Shown here in pieces: positions 25,102 to 36,838 of a stretch of DNA of 64,000 nucleotides (position 1 is the first letter of the stretch; each line of letters begins with the position of its first letter). Source of the stretch: Centroscyllium fabricii (Eukaryota); assembly GCA_051313645.2 (NCBI GenBank), contig JBNRSN020000023.1, forward strand, positions 44,578,001 to 44,642,000, in the 5' to 3' direction. Below the pieces are notes generated by a model. That model had not been told where the DNA came from. It did no database searches and was given only the letters and a program-made list of their open reading frames with translations. The position numbers and the translations under genes were made by a program.

Positions 25102-25924
25102 GTTTGGATTTTGCCAGCCGTTGGGAGGCGGAACTGCCGGGAAAATGGCAGAATTTGGGGGCGGGTGCGCAACCCATCCCCAGCCCGCCTCCATGTCATC
25201 TTGCCAGGCGGCTGGTAGCCGTCACGCGCCTCCTTGGGGCGGGAAGGGATTACAGCCACTTAACTTCCTGTTAACATGTAGTTAACAGGGAGAAAATAGG
25301 ATTATCCCCATTTTGCCCACACAAGTGCGGGCTTCCTGAAGGCTCCAAAACCCTCCAGGGTCACCGAGGCGAGTAGTGGGTCTGTGGGGGTCGGAGGGGT
25401 CCTAAAGTGTACTGTGGAGGTCAGTGATGGGTACAAGTGTGGATGGGGTGAGTATCTGAGGTTAATGCAAAGTGTTAGAAAAAGTTTACTTACCTTTGTT
25501 TCTTCCTGCAGGTTTCAATCATTGGGGATGCGGAGAGTCTCGCACCTCCGCAGTAGAGGTGACAGATGGCTGCTGCATTCTCCAATGCAAGAACTATCTA
25601 ATTTCTACAAAAGAAAGAGGTTTGATGAGGTCTTGAATTCAAGAACTCATCAAACTACAGAGAATGTCAGTGTTTGACAGCTTCACAGAGCTGTCAAACG
25701 ATGAGAATACATCTGTCAAAAATGTTTGACAGATGAAACGTCATATGCTGACGTTCTCTGTAACAGGCTTCCCCTTAATTGGCCTGCTAAGTCCACTGGA
25801 CGGGCTTAACAAGGTCAATCAAGGGAAAATAGCGTGGGTTGGCCAGTAGTTGATGGAGGCGGGACTAAAACCCGACAAGTGGGAGTCCCGCCTCCAAAAG
25901 CTCCCCATTGGGAAAATCCAGTCC
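25102..25924 (+). mobile_element. Harbinger-like MITE (second copy of 21303-22085)
   Basis: Colinear similarity, e.g. gggattacagccacttaacttcctgttaaca and gaattcaagaactcatcaaactacagagaatgtcag. Confidence 0.75.
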
Positions 25925-26712
25925 TTTGTGTTAGTGTTAGTAACGTTTTGCTGGTGTAATTGTACCATATCACGTTAACCCATTAAGTCATTTTGTAAAT
26001 TATGTAATCCTCTTCAGTGCACCTGCGCAACACTATCATTGATCTTCTCATGGTTTGTACCTTTTCTTTACTCATACCTTTAGTCTGTTGTATTCTTAGG
26101 CCTCATGATCATCTCTTGACTGCTTTGCTGAGAGCCGAGAACACACCGTGTCTGTCCCTGCAGATTATTAGTCCATTAATGTCTGTTCACAGGTCCAAAT
26201 CTTGTCCTGAATATGACCTATTAGAAACTGCTTATGTCGCAGATTCTAGTATGTGTGTCTTTAATATTGAGGGTAAGATTAACTAAGGCTTTAAACTTTT
26301 CTAACAATTAGATTTATTAACATGTTTGTGAATAGAGATGCGTACAATCTTAATACAGCTCGAAACTCAGAATGGTCCTTCTGCTTCGAGAAACTGAGGG
26401 GCTAATTCTCCATTTGCATCCTTCTTTGCATTCTTCTGCTTTGTCTCACGCACTGTCTCCTCCTTTCGCTTAGATTGGCTGCTCTTATACCGTTCTCGCT
26501 GACATAAACAGATTGCTGATTCTTTTCCCTCTCTCTTCCCCATGGTTCAAAACAAGCTGATTCCGCAGTATCTGATGTTTGCAATGGCTTCTCACAGACG
26601 TTCAGGGCCTTGCTGGGCAGTTGTCTTAACTTTAACCTCGGCCCCATATGTCTGCAAAAGTACATCGTCTCAGCCAGCCTTCTACAGTGTGAAGCAGTAA
26701 TACTGTATCTCT

Positions 26713-27175
26713 CAGCTGTGGCTCAGTGGGCAGCACACTCGCCTCTGAGTCAGAAGGTTGTGGGTTCAAGTCCCACTCCAAAGACTTGAGAACATAAATC
26801 TAGGCTGACACTCCAGTGCAGTACTGAGGGTGGGCTGCACTGTTGGAGGTGTCGTCTTTCGGATGAGACGTTAAACCGAGGCCCCGTCTGCCCTCTCAGG
26901 TGGACGTGAAAGATCCCGTGGCACTATTTTGAAGAAGAGCAGGGGAGTTATCCCCGGTGTCCTGGCCAATATTCATCCCTCAACCAACATCACTAAAAAG
27001 CAGATGATCTGGTCATTAACACATTGCTGTTTGTGGGAGCTTGCTGTGTGCAAATTGGCTGCCGCGTTTCCCACATTACAACAGTGACTCCACTTCAAAA
27101 AGTACTTCATTGACTGTAAAGCGCTTTGAGACGTCTGGTGGTTGTGCAAGGCGCTATATAAATGCAAGTCTTTCT
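26713..27175 (+). mobile_element. tRNA-derived DeuSINE (SacSINE1-like), full length
   Basis: A box tggctcagtgg, B box ggttcaagtcc, Deu-like core (ggatgagacgttaaaccgaggcccc...gtgcaaattggctgcc), L2-type tail ggcgctatataaatgcaag. Confidence 0.82.
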
Positions 27176-27693
27176 TGCTCTCGAGCTTGGTCAGCCTTCC
27201 CAGTCTGCCGTCCCGAACAGTCAAGTCCAACCGTTCTGTGTTCCGTCCTTTGTTGGACCAAATTCTACTCCTTTAGCAGGTGGAAAATCCAAATTGAGAA
27301 GTCCAAAATCCTTCATATTGGGGTAAAAGGCTGTGTGACTGGGTGGGGCAGGAGGTCACGTGGCAAAGCGTCCAGGAATCCATCCATCTCGAGCTGGCAA
27401 CCCTACTATTGCTTCATGTGGGAACGGTTCTTCCGTAAGCTCAGCATGTTGGCTTGGCCTGGCAGCGAAGGCTGAGACTGAAGTCTTACCTTGCGGTGGA
27501 ATTTGGGCCGTCCTGTGTTCCATTACCGTACATTGTTAGAGTGCGTTCCTGAAGTGGCGGCCTGAAGAATTAAATATTGGAACGCTGGGTACCGGAGAGT
27601 CAGCAATAAATCTGTAGGTCATTCGCTTTTTGACTCAAAATGCAACTCAGATAAATAAAATAGTTCCACTTCGCCCAAACTGAAATAGGTGGA

Positions 27694-28826
27694 AAGAAAG
27701 ACTTGCATTTCTATAGCGTCTTTCACGACCACCGGACGTTCCAAAGCGCTTTACGGCCAATGAAGTACTGTACATTTGGAAGTGGAGTCACTGTTGCAAT
27801 GTGGGAAAATGCGGTGTGTCAATTTGCGCACAGCAAGGTCCCACGAACAGCAATGTGATAATGACCAGATACAGGTTGTGCACCATTAATCCGCCACGGG
27901 CGGGACCAGGCCCGTGCCGGGAAACTGAAAAAAACGGGAGAACGAAGCTGGACACTGCGCATGCGCACCATTCAAAATGGCCGCGCGCATGCGCATAACA
28001 TTGGGATTGGCTGGCGCGCGCATGCGCAGATCAACCAATAATGGCCGCCGCTAAGTTTTTTGAGGGGCTCAGGCTTGTGTGGCGTTCCGTTTGCCTTTTA
28101 GGGCTGTCGGGCAGCAGTGAAAGGCCGGTCTTGCAGGGGGGGAAGGAGGGTTGTGCGGGCGCGGGTCGGGCCCAGTAGGTCCGCCTTCCCTCTCCATCGC
28201 CGTTCGGGTTGCTGCTGCCGCCGAGCCGGACTCAGGCTGACAGCTGTTGCCTAGTGACTGTCCGCCTCAGTCACGGGGCTCAGCTGTCAAATAACCGGCG
28301 GCCGTATTGAATTATCTGCGCATGCGCTTCCCGTCCGGCGACGCATGCGCAGATCATTCAAAACACCCGGCAGCCGTTTTGAATGATCTGCGCATGCGCT
28401 CGTCATTCAGCGGCGCATGCGCAGATCATTCGCCGAAGCCGCGATGGCGGCTGCCATCTTGCGCATGCACAGTGCAGTCGGGGCAATTTGTGCCGGCAGA
28501 CTGAAGCTGCCAGCTTTTCGGGACACGGACTTTCGGTGCACAACCTGTAATTTGTTTTTAGTGATGTTGATTGAGGGATAAATATTGGCCTCAGGATAAC
28601 TCCCCCTGCTCTTCTTCGAAATAGTGGCCGTGGGATCTTTTACGTCCACCTGAGAGAGAAGACAGGGCCTCGGTTTAACGTCTCATCCGAAAGACGGCAC
28701 CTCTGACAGTGCAGCTCTCCCTCAGCACTGCACTGGAGTGTCAGCCTAGATTTTTGTGCTCAGGTTTCTGCAACCCACGATCCTGACTCAGAGGCGAGTG
28801 TGCTACCCACTGAGCCTCGGCTGACG
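27694..28826 (-). mobile_element. SacSINE1-like SINE split by a Tigger-like MITE
   Basis: Reverse complement of 26713-27175, rejoining at the TA at 27870/28548. Confidence 0.82.
27872..28547. mobile_element. Tigger/pogo-like MITE
   Basis: TIR caggttgtgcacc / ggtgcacaacctg with TA TSD. Confidence 0.85.
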
Positions 28827-30255
28827 CTATTAAAAATAAATCTTGAAGATAAGGGAAAAGCCCCTCAAAAAACATTTAAGCGTTGGATAATTTGACTTGG
28901 GATAACCATCAGAAGCGGAAGCCTGGCCGATGATGTACAGTCTCACACAGTTCAGCTTAGGGAAGGCCTATTAGACACATGCCAGGTAAAGCAATGTAAT
29001 TCATTTATTACGAACCCAGATGGATTATTTGCTACATCAATTACACTACATTAATGGGCTTACTTTGGATTTTGTACAGCAAGTTCAGCTTTAACGCGTT
29101 GATTATTTTTGCTCTGCTCTCATCGTATAAACCTTACGCTGTAAAAATATTATACCTTGGGTGACGGGAACCATTCTTTTCCCTCCTGTGTTGGAGAGCA
29201 GTAATACATTACGTGGACGAGCAGTCACTGTGCGCAGAATGCTAATGAGAGCAGCACACAGGCTCTGGTTGTGCTACCTGGGCTGGCAGCTATTTTTTGC
29301 CAGCTTCGAGCATTCCCAGGGCCACTGGATAAGGAAAGCCGTTCATCACCGCCTACGATCTAGCCAAGGCCTCATGTTGAGAGACCGTTTCCATGGCGCC
29401 CAGGAGGCAGCCTGAGTGTACAAGTGGCCATGTTTTTCTGGCTGCTGGCGAGGCAGTGTGGCTTACTTACCCCTCCCCCTCTCCGTACGAGCCAGTCATG
29501 TGATTTTTTTTTTTTTTTGCTCGCCGTCATTTACAGATTCCGCCCACTCCCCAAAAGCGCAAAATGGAAGCCAAAATTCAAGTCTGAAATTGTGACCACA
29601 AAACATCTCCGCCTTTATGGCTGTTTTCCTGCTGTGGGATCTGCCATGTAATATAAACGCTACCTGAGACAGTTCTGTGTCACAAATATGAATGTTCCGC
29701 ACTTTCTTGCTGGTTCAGTATATTTTGCTTGAGTCGCCTTGTTTAGGGAAGGTAAAATAAGACCGTGTTCCTGCTAAAAGGTGCGTGTGTGTGTAGGTGC
29801 TGTGCGGGGGAAGGACCTCAGCTCTGATACGTGCCCCCCACCGCCCCCCGCACCCCACCCCCCGACAATGGACCAATAACCTTTTGACGTTCAGTGACTG
29901 GGCTCGGGCATGAAGAATGGGTGTGCGAATGAGATCCCAGAAGGTGCCAGGTGCCCATGGGTCTGTGCCCAGTATTGGCCTGTGCCTCCAGGACAGCAAG
30001 GGAGAGATCTTTTCCTTAAAGTGCGGGTGACTGTCCAGACGTATACCTGTGCCCCGGAAAACCTCTTGATGCCAATTGAGAGAATCCTTTGTTTGGCTCA
30101 TACCCCAAATGGGTTACAATTTGCTGTTAGTTGAACTGCCAGCCTCAATGAGGGGACTAAGTTACAGGGAGTGTGAAAGCGAAATGTCTGAAGCCCGTGT
30201 TCAGTCTCCCTGTCAGAGTGCCAGAGCAACGCGCCCTTCAAAGGCAGCCTTACAC

Positions 30256-30950
30256 GATGTGGAGGTGCCGGTGTTGGACTGGGGTGGAGAATTGCAAGAA
30301 GTCACGCAACACCAGATTATAGTCCAACAGTTTTATTTTAAATCACAAGCTTTCGGAGCTTTTGCCCCTTCGTCACGGTGGCACAGTGGTTAGCACTGCT
30401 GTCTCACAGCACTGGAGACCCGGGTTCAAATCCAGCCTCGGGTACTATCTGTGTGGAGTTTGCACATTCTCCCCGTGTCTGCGTGGGTTTCCTCCAGGTG
30501 CTCCGGTTTCCTCCCACAGTCCAAAGATGTGCGGGTTAGGTTGATTGGCCAGGATAAATTGACCCTTAGTGTTAGGGGGATTAAATGTGTGGGGTTACGG
30601 GGGTGGGGTGGGATGTGTGTCGATGCAGGCTCGATGGGGATCGAGCGATATGGGGAGTGGGCAGGGGTGGGGTACTGGGTTTGGATGATCAGCCATGATC
30701 TCATTAAATGGCGGAGCAGGCTCGAAGGGCCGAATGGCCTACTCCTGCTTCTAGTTTTTATGTTTCTATGTTTCGTCAGGTGAAAGAGAGACTGACTTAA
30801 AGAACGCACATATGGGAGGAAGGGAGAAATCCGATCTCCCACATCCCACCTTAGCAGAGATAGACAGAGCACACAAAGGCATATTAACATATTTTAACAC
30901 ATCAGTCTGAGAGCAATGAGGCACAGTCGCAAGGGGTCAAATGCTGTAAT
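30256..30950 (-). mobile_element. Penelope pLTR fragment split by an HE1 SINE
   Basis: Matches 41272-41610 and 40762-40981; halves rejoin at the duplicated ttcgtca. Confidence 0.8.
30376..30771 (+). mobile_element. HE1-type SINE
   Basis: tRNA head ggtggcacagtggttagcac, CR1-type tail, apparent 7-bp TSD ttcgtca. Confidence 0.88.
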
Positions 30951-31184
30951 AGTAGCCTTACACGAGAGGAGTGCAACCAATGGCAGATGTGCAGCTCTCC
31001 CTCTGTCGGGTACAACTCATCGCGTACAGCATCAATCATTCAGCGCACCCACGGTGTAGTGGAACATGAAGGCGCCATTATGTTTAATCCAACTGCTTCA
31101 GTTCAATATGAGGAGCTAGTCGTCTGCATTTTCTCCCTGGGTCTTCATAAGATTGGCTACTGATGCCATGTAAAAGTGGAAGGG

Positions 31185-31375
31185 AGGTGTGAGAAGCTCT
31201 CGCTTAAGCTTCCTAAATGCTACCTCTCTTAAGATGCTCCTTAAAACCTACTCCTTGACCAACCTGTCCTACTATTTGGCTCGGTGTCCAATTTTGTCTG
31301 ATGACGTTCCTCTGAAATGCCTTGAACATTTTACTACGTTAAAGGCGCTATATAAATGCAAATTGTTGTTGGCTG
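31185..31375 (+). mobile_element. L2-type LINE 3' end
   Basis: ctccttaaaacctac...ttaaaggcgctatataaatgcaa tail, shared with the DeuSINE copies. Confidence 0.6.
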
Positions 31376-33914
31376 CAATTTAAGCTATCTCCGTGGCTCA
31401 GTGGGTTTATCTAGTGAGCAGTCCAGCCACGCATGCTCAAAAAGGCCCCAGTTTTGATCCCCGGCCTGTGCTAGGAACATAGAAGATAGGAACACGAGTA
31501 GGCCTTTCAGCCCCTCGAGCCTGCTCCGTCATTTAATGAGATCATTGCCGATCACCCAAATACAGTACCCTGTACCCGCCTTCTCCCCATATCCCTTGAT
31601 CCCTTTAGCCTTAAGAAATATATCCAACTCCTTCTTGAATATAATTGAAACATTCGTTTGTTGATCCTAGCTGGAATACTGTTAAGGATGCAGAAATTGT
31701 CTTGCACCAATAGAGGGCGGAAACTGACCCATGCTCCCGCTCCCAAACACTAGTTGTAGGAACATACAAATAGGAGGAGGCCATTCAGCCCCCCAAGCCT
31801 GTTCCACCATTCCATGAGATCATGGCTGACCAATATAGGAAACTCTTTTTTATCGGCGCCGATGGGACCAGCGTGCTGCCGGTTTATCAAAATTTCCAGA
31901 TTACACAGAGGGTTATCTACCGAGGCTCTTTTTAACAAAGAAAAATTTAAAAAATCAAGAAATGTGCAGCATACAGTAATTGGGTACTCACCTACAGAAT
32001 GTTGTGTTAAATGGATGGTGGAAGATAGAAACATAGAAACATAGAAGATAGGAGCAGGAGTAGGCCATTCAGCCCTATCAGCCCAATTAGATCATGACTG
32101 ATCTTTCAGATTTGCGCTAATGAGAGGCGCAAGCAACCATATTTTTCCCCCGTAGAGTTCTAAGAGGGTCGTAGGGCTGGAGGAGATTACAGTGATAGGG
32201 AGGGATGTGGCCATGGAGGGATTTGAAAACAAGGATGAGAATTTTAAATTCAGGAGGCATTAGTGGATCAGGAGCCACTGTAGGTCAGCAAGCAGGGGTG
32301 ATGGGTGAACGGGACTTGGTGCGAGTTAGAATATAGGGAGCAGAGATTTGGATGAGCTCAAGTGTACGGAAGGTGGAAAACATAGAAACATAGAAGATAG
32401 GAGCAGGAGTCGGCCATTCAGCCCATCGAGCCTACCATTTAATTAGATCATGACTGATCTTTCTGATTCAGTACCCTGTCCCTGCCTTCTCCCCATATCC
32501 CTTGATCCCTTCAGCCCGAAGAAATATATCCAACTCCTTCTTGAATATATTTAATGAACCGGCATCCACCGCCCTCTGTGGCAGAGAATTCCACAGGTTC
32601 ACCACTCTCTGGATGAAGAAATTCCCCCTCATTTCAGTCCTCAATGGCTTTCCCCTTATCCTTAGACTGTGACCCCTGGTTCTGGACTCCCCTTTCATCG
32701 GAAACATCCTTCCTGCATCCAGTCTGTCCAGGCCTGAAATAATTTTATAGGTTTCGATGAGATCCCCTCTCAGTCGTCTGAACTCCAGTGAGTATAAGCC
32801 CAATCGACTCAATCTCTCCTCATACGTCATTTGTGCCATCCCAGGTATCAGCCTGGTGAATCTTCGCTGCACTCCTTCAATGGCAAGAACATCTTTCCTC
32901 AGATGACGCGACCAAAACTGCACACAATACTCAAGGTTTGGTCTCACCAAGGTCCTGTAGAGCTGCAGCAAGACATCCTTGTTCTTATATTCGAACCCTC
33001 CTGCTACGAAGGCCAACACACCATTTGCCTTCTTAACCGCCTGTTGCACCTGCATGGTTACCTTCAGTGACCGGTGCACAAGAACACCCAGGTCTCTTTG
33101 CACTTCCCCATCTCCCAATCTATTGCCATTCAAATAATAATCTTCCCTCCTGTTTTGCCACCAAAGTGGATAACCTCACATTTATCCACATTATAGTGCA
33201 TTTGCCATGTATCTTCCCAATCACCCAACCTATCCAGATCGCAAGACATGCAGGTTAGGTGAATTGGAGATACTAAAAAAAAATTGCCCATGAGTTTGTG
33301 TGTGAGATATAGTTCTTAGAGTTGGGGCATATGGGGAGAGGGTAGGAGGGGGGTGCTGGGTTTGGATGATCAGCCATGATCTCATTAAAAATGGCGGAGC
33401 AGGCTCGAAGGGCCGAATGGCCTACTCCTGCTCCTATCTTCTGTGTTTCTGTGCATTGGAGTTTCTCGACATCCTCTTCACGGCATACCCTCCCACCCCG
33501 CTTTGTGTCATCTGCAAATTTGGAGATATTACATCCAATTCCCTCGTCCAGATCATTAATATATATTGTGAACAGCTGGGGTCCGAGGAGCGATCCTTGC
33601 GGTACCCCACTAGTCATTGCCCGCCACTTGGAAAACGACCCATTTATTCCAACTCTCTGTTTTCTATCTGCCAACCAGTTCTCTATCCAGGTCAATAGCT
33701 TGCCCCCAATCCCATGAGCCTTAATTTTGCATGCTAATCTCTTATGAGGGACCTTATTGAAAGCTTTCTGAAAGTCCAAATACATCATGTCTACTGGTTC
33801 TCCCTTATCTATTTTACCAGTTACATCCTCAAAAATTCCAGTAGATTAGTCAAGCACGATTTACCTTTTGTAAATCCATGTTGACTCTGTCCGATCCCGT
33901 CACTATTTTTCAAG

Positions 33915-36172
33915 GGGGGGGGCACCTTACTGGGAGTATATTATAGACCACCAAACAGTAAAGGGGAGATGGAGGGTAAGATATGTGAGCAAATCACGAA
34001 GATAAGCAAAAATAACAAAGTAAGAATATTAGGGGACTTTAATTTCCCCAACATCAACTGGGATTGTCAGAGTGTGAGGGGCACGGAAGGTTCAGCATTC
34101 TTAAAATGCAGCCAAGAGAGTTTTTTGAAGCAATATGTTGGGTCACCTACAAGGGGGGGGGGGGCGGTACTAGACCTAATACTTGGGAACGAAGACGGGC
34201 AGATAGAGGAGGTAACAGTGGGGGAGCACTTCGGGGATAGCGACCACAATTCAGTTAGTTTCAAGATTGTAATGGAGAAGGATAAAAATGGACATGGGGT
34301 AAAAGTACTAAACTGGGGGAAGGCGGATTTCATTAAAATTAGGCGCGATGTAGCCGCAGTAGATTGGGGCCATCTTCTCAGAGGAAGATCTGCATCAGAG
34401 CAGTGGGAGGCCTTCAGAGGGAAGGTCGGGAAGATACAGGAGGAACATGTTCCTGCAAAAATCAAGGGCGGGGGAGGTAAACAAAGGGAACCTTGGATGT
34501 CTAGGGATATATGTAAATTAATGAAGAAAAAAAGGGGGGCCTTCAATGAATATAAACGGCTAAAAACTGAGGAGGCGCTAGGGGAGTATAAGAAGTATAG
34601 GGGGGAATTAAAGAAGGAGATAAGAAAAGCCAAGAGGGGTCATGAGATTGCAATGGCCCCCTGTCTCAAATTTTCAGGTCCTCTCTCGCGTCAGGGGATG
34701 TACCCGAGGACTGGAGAACGGCTAATGTAGTACCCCTGTTTAAAAAGGGTAGTAGGGACAAACTGGGTAACTATAGGCCAATCAGTCTTACATCTGTAGT
34801 GGGGAAAGTAATGGAAAAAATTCTGAGGGACAAAATCAGTCTGCATTTGGAAAAGCAGGGTCTGATAAGGGATAGTCAACATGGCTTCGTCAAAGGTAAG
34901 TCGTGCCTAACTAATCTGTTGGAATTCTTTGAAGAGGTAACAAAGAGGGTGGATGAAGGGAGTACTGTTGACGTGGTGTATATGGACTTCAGCAAGGCTT
35001 TTGATAAAGTCCCACATAGGAGACTAATAACAAAGGTTAAAGCACATGGGATACAGGGCAACTTGGCACAGTGGATTCAAAATTGGCTGGGGGATAGGAG
35101 ACAAAGGGTAATGGTAGAGGGCTGCTTCTGTGACTGGAAACCAGTAACCAGCGGTGTCCCCCAAGGATCGGTTTTGGGACCCTTACTGTTTCTAGTATAC
35201 ATCAATGATTTGGACATGGGAGTAGGGGGTACGATCAGCAAATTTGCTGATGATACGAAAATTGGAAGGGTGGTAAATAACGATGAAGATAGTAAAAGGC
35301 TCCAGGAAGATATAAATGTAATGGTTAGTTGGGCAGAAAAATGGCAAATGGAGTTCAACCCAGAGAAATGCGAGGTCATACAATTCGGCAGACCAAATGG
35401 GGTAAGGGAATATACCATGAACAAAAAAACGTTAGGTAGGACCGAGGAACAGAGGGACCTTGGGGTACAGGTGCACAGCTCCCTGAAGGTTGCTGGACAC
35501 GTAAACAAGGTGGTTAAGAAGGCATACGGAATTCTGGCCTTTATTAACCAGGGCATAGTATACAAAAGTAGGGAGGTAATGTTAAACTTGTATAACACGC
35601 TGGTGAGACCTCAGCTGGAGTACTGTGTGCAGTTCTGGTCACCGCACTTCAGGAAGGATGTGGTTGCCCTGGAGAGGGTGCAGAGAAGGTTTACCAGGAT
35701 GATACCTGGTCTGGGGGACTTATGCTACGAGGAAAGGCTGGACAGGCTGGGGTTGTTTGCCTTGGAGAAGAGAAGATTGAGGGGTGACATGATTGAGGTG
35801 TACAGGATCATGAGAGGACACGATAGGGTGGATAAAGGGGCATTGTTTCCCTTGGTGGGAGAGTCAAGTACTAGGGGACATAGATTCAAGATTAGGGGGG
35901 GAGGTTTAGGGGGGAGGTAAGGAGAAATTTCTTTACTCAGAGGGTGGTGGAAGTGTGGAACTCCCTGCCTGTAAGGGTGGTGGAGGCAGAAACCATCGCA
36001 ACATTTAAAAAATATTTGGACCAGCACATGAAGGACCGTAACATACAGGGTTATGGGCCAGGTGCGGGCAAATGGGGTTAGTATAGTGAGGAGTTTCCTG
36101 GGCCGGTGCGGACTGGATGGGCCGAATGGCCTTTATCCGCACTGTAAAGTTTCTATGATTCTATGATTCTAT
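33915..36172 (+). mobile_element. CR1 of a different subfamily with an internal deletion, inserted antisense
   Basis: ORF 33969-34730 (GDFN, SDH) and ORF 34799-35920 (QHGF, FADD); distinct 3'UTR; aag duplicated at the junctions. Confidence 0.9.
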
Positions 36173-36592
36173 GAAGTGTACTGCTATTACATCTTTAATA
36201 ATGGACTCTAGCATTTTCCCCACTACCGATGTCAGGCTTACTGGTCTATTATTGCCTTCTTTTTCTCTACCCCCTTTTTTGAATAGTGGGTTAACATTAG
36301 CTACCCTCCGATCCATGGGTACTGTTCCAGAGTCTATCGCGTTCTGGAAAATGATCAGCAATGCATCTGCTATCTCCAGGGCCACTTCTTTAAGTACCCT
36401 AGGATGTAGATTATCAGGCCCTGGGGATTTGCTGGCCTTTAATCCCTTCAACTTCCCCAACACCGTATCCCTACAAATTCTGATTTCTATCAGTTCCTCC
36501 CTCTCATTAGTCCATATCTTTCACGACATCTCTGGGAGGTTATTTGTGTCCTCCTTTGTGAAGATAGAACCAAAAATGTATTTAATTGGTCT

Positions 36593-36838
36593 TGTAGCGC
36601 CAGCAAGGCCTAGAAACCATGCGTGAGCCAGAGAGACAGAGAAAACACTTCTTTAATGCATTACAGTAACACAGGAAGAGAGTGAACCACTCGAAGCAGG
36701 CTTATTTAAACTGCCCGCCGTTGGTGACGTCATCACGCCGGAAGTCGTGGTGACGTCATCGCGTCACCCGGATGAGCGGGGCCATGCCCCGCAGTGTTCC
36801 CGTGGCGGATTCGGTGTCCTAGTGGGCGTGCCGCCACA
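36593..36838 (-). mobile_element. 246-bp solo LTR
   Basis: Ends tgtagcg...cgccaca, perfect 4-bp TSD gtct, minus-strand TATA-like and ATTAAA; the host CR1 rejoins exactly. Confidence 0.82.

Noticed and set aside
26713-26790. tRNA gene (also 30376 and 62005)
   Set aside because: These are SINE heads continuing into SINE bodies.
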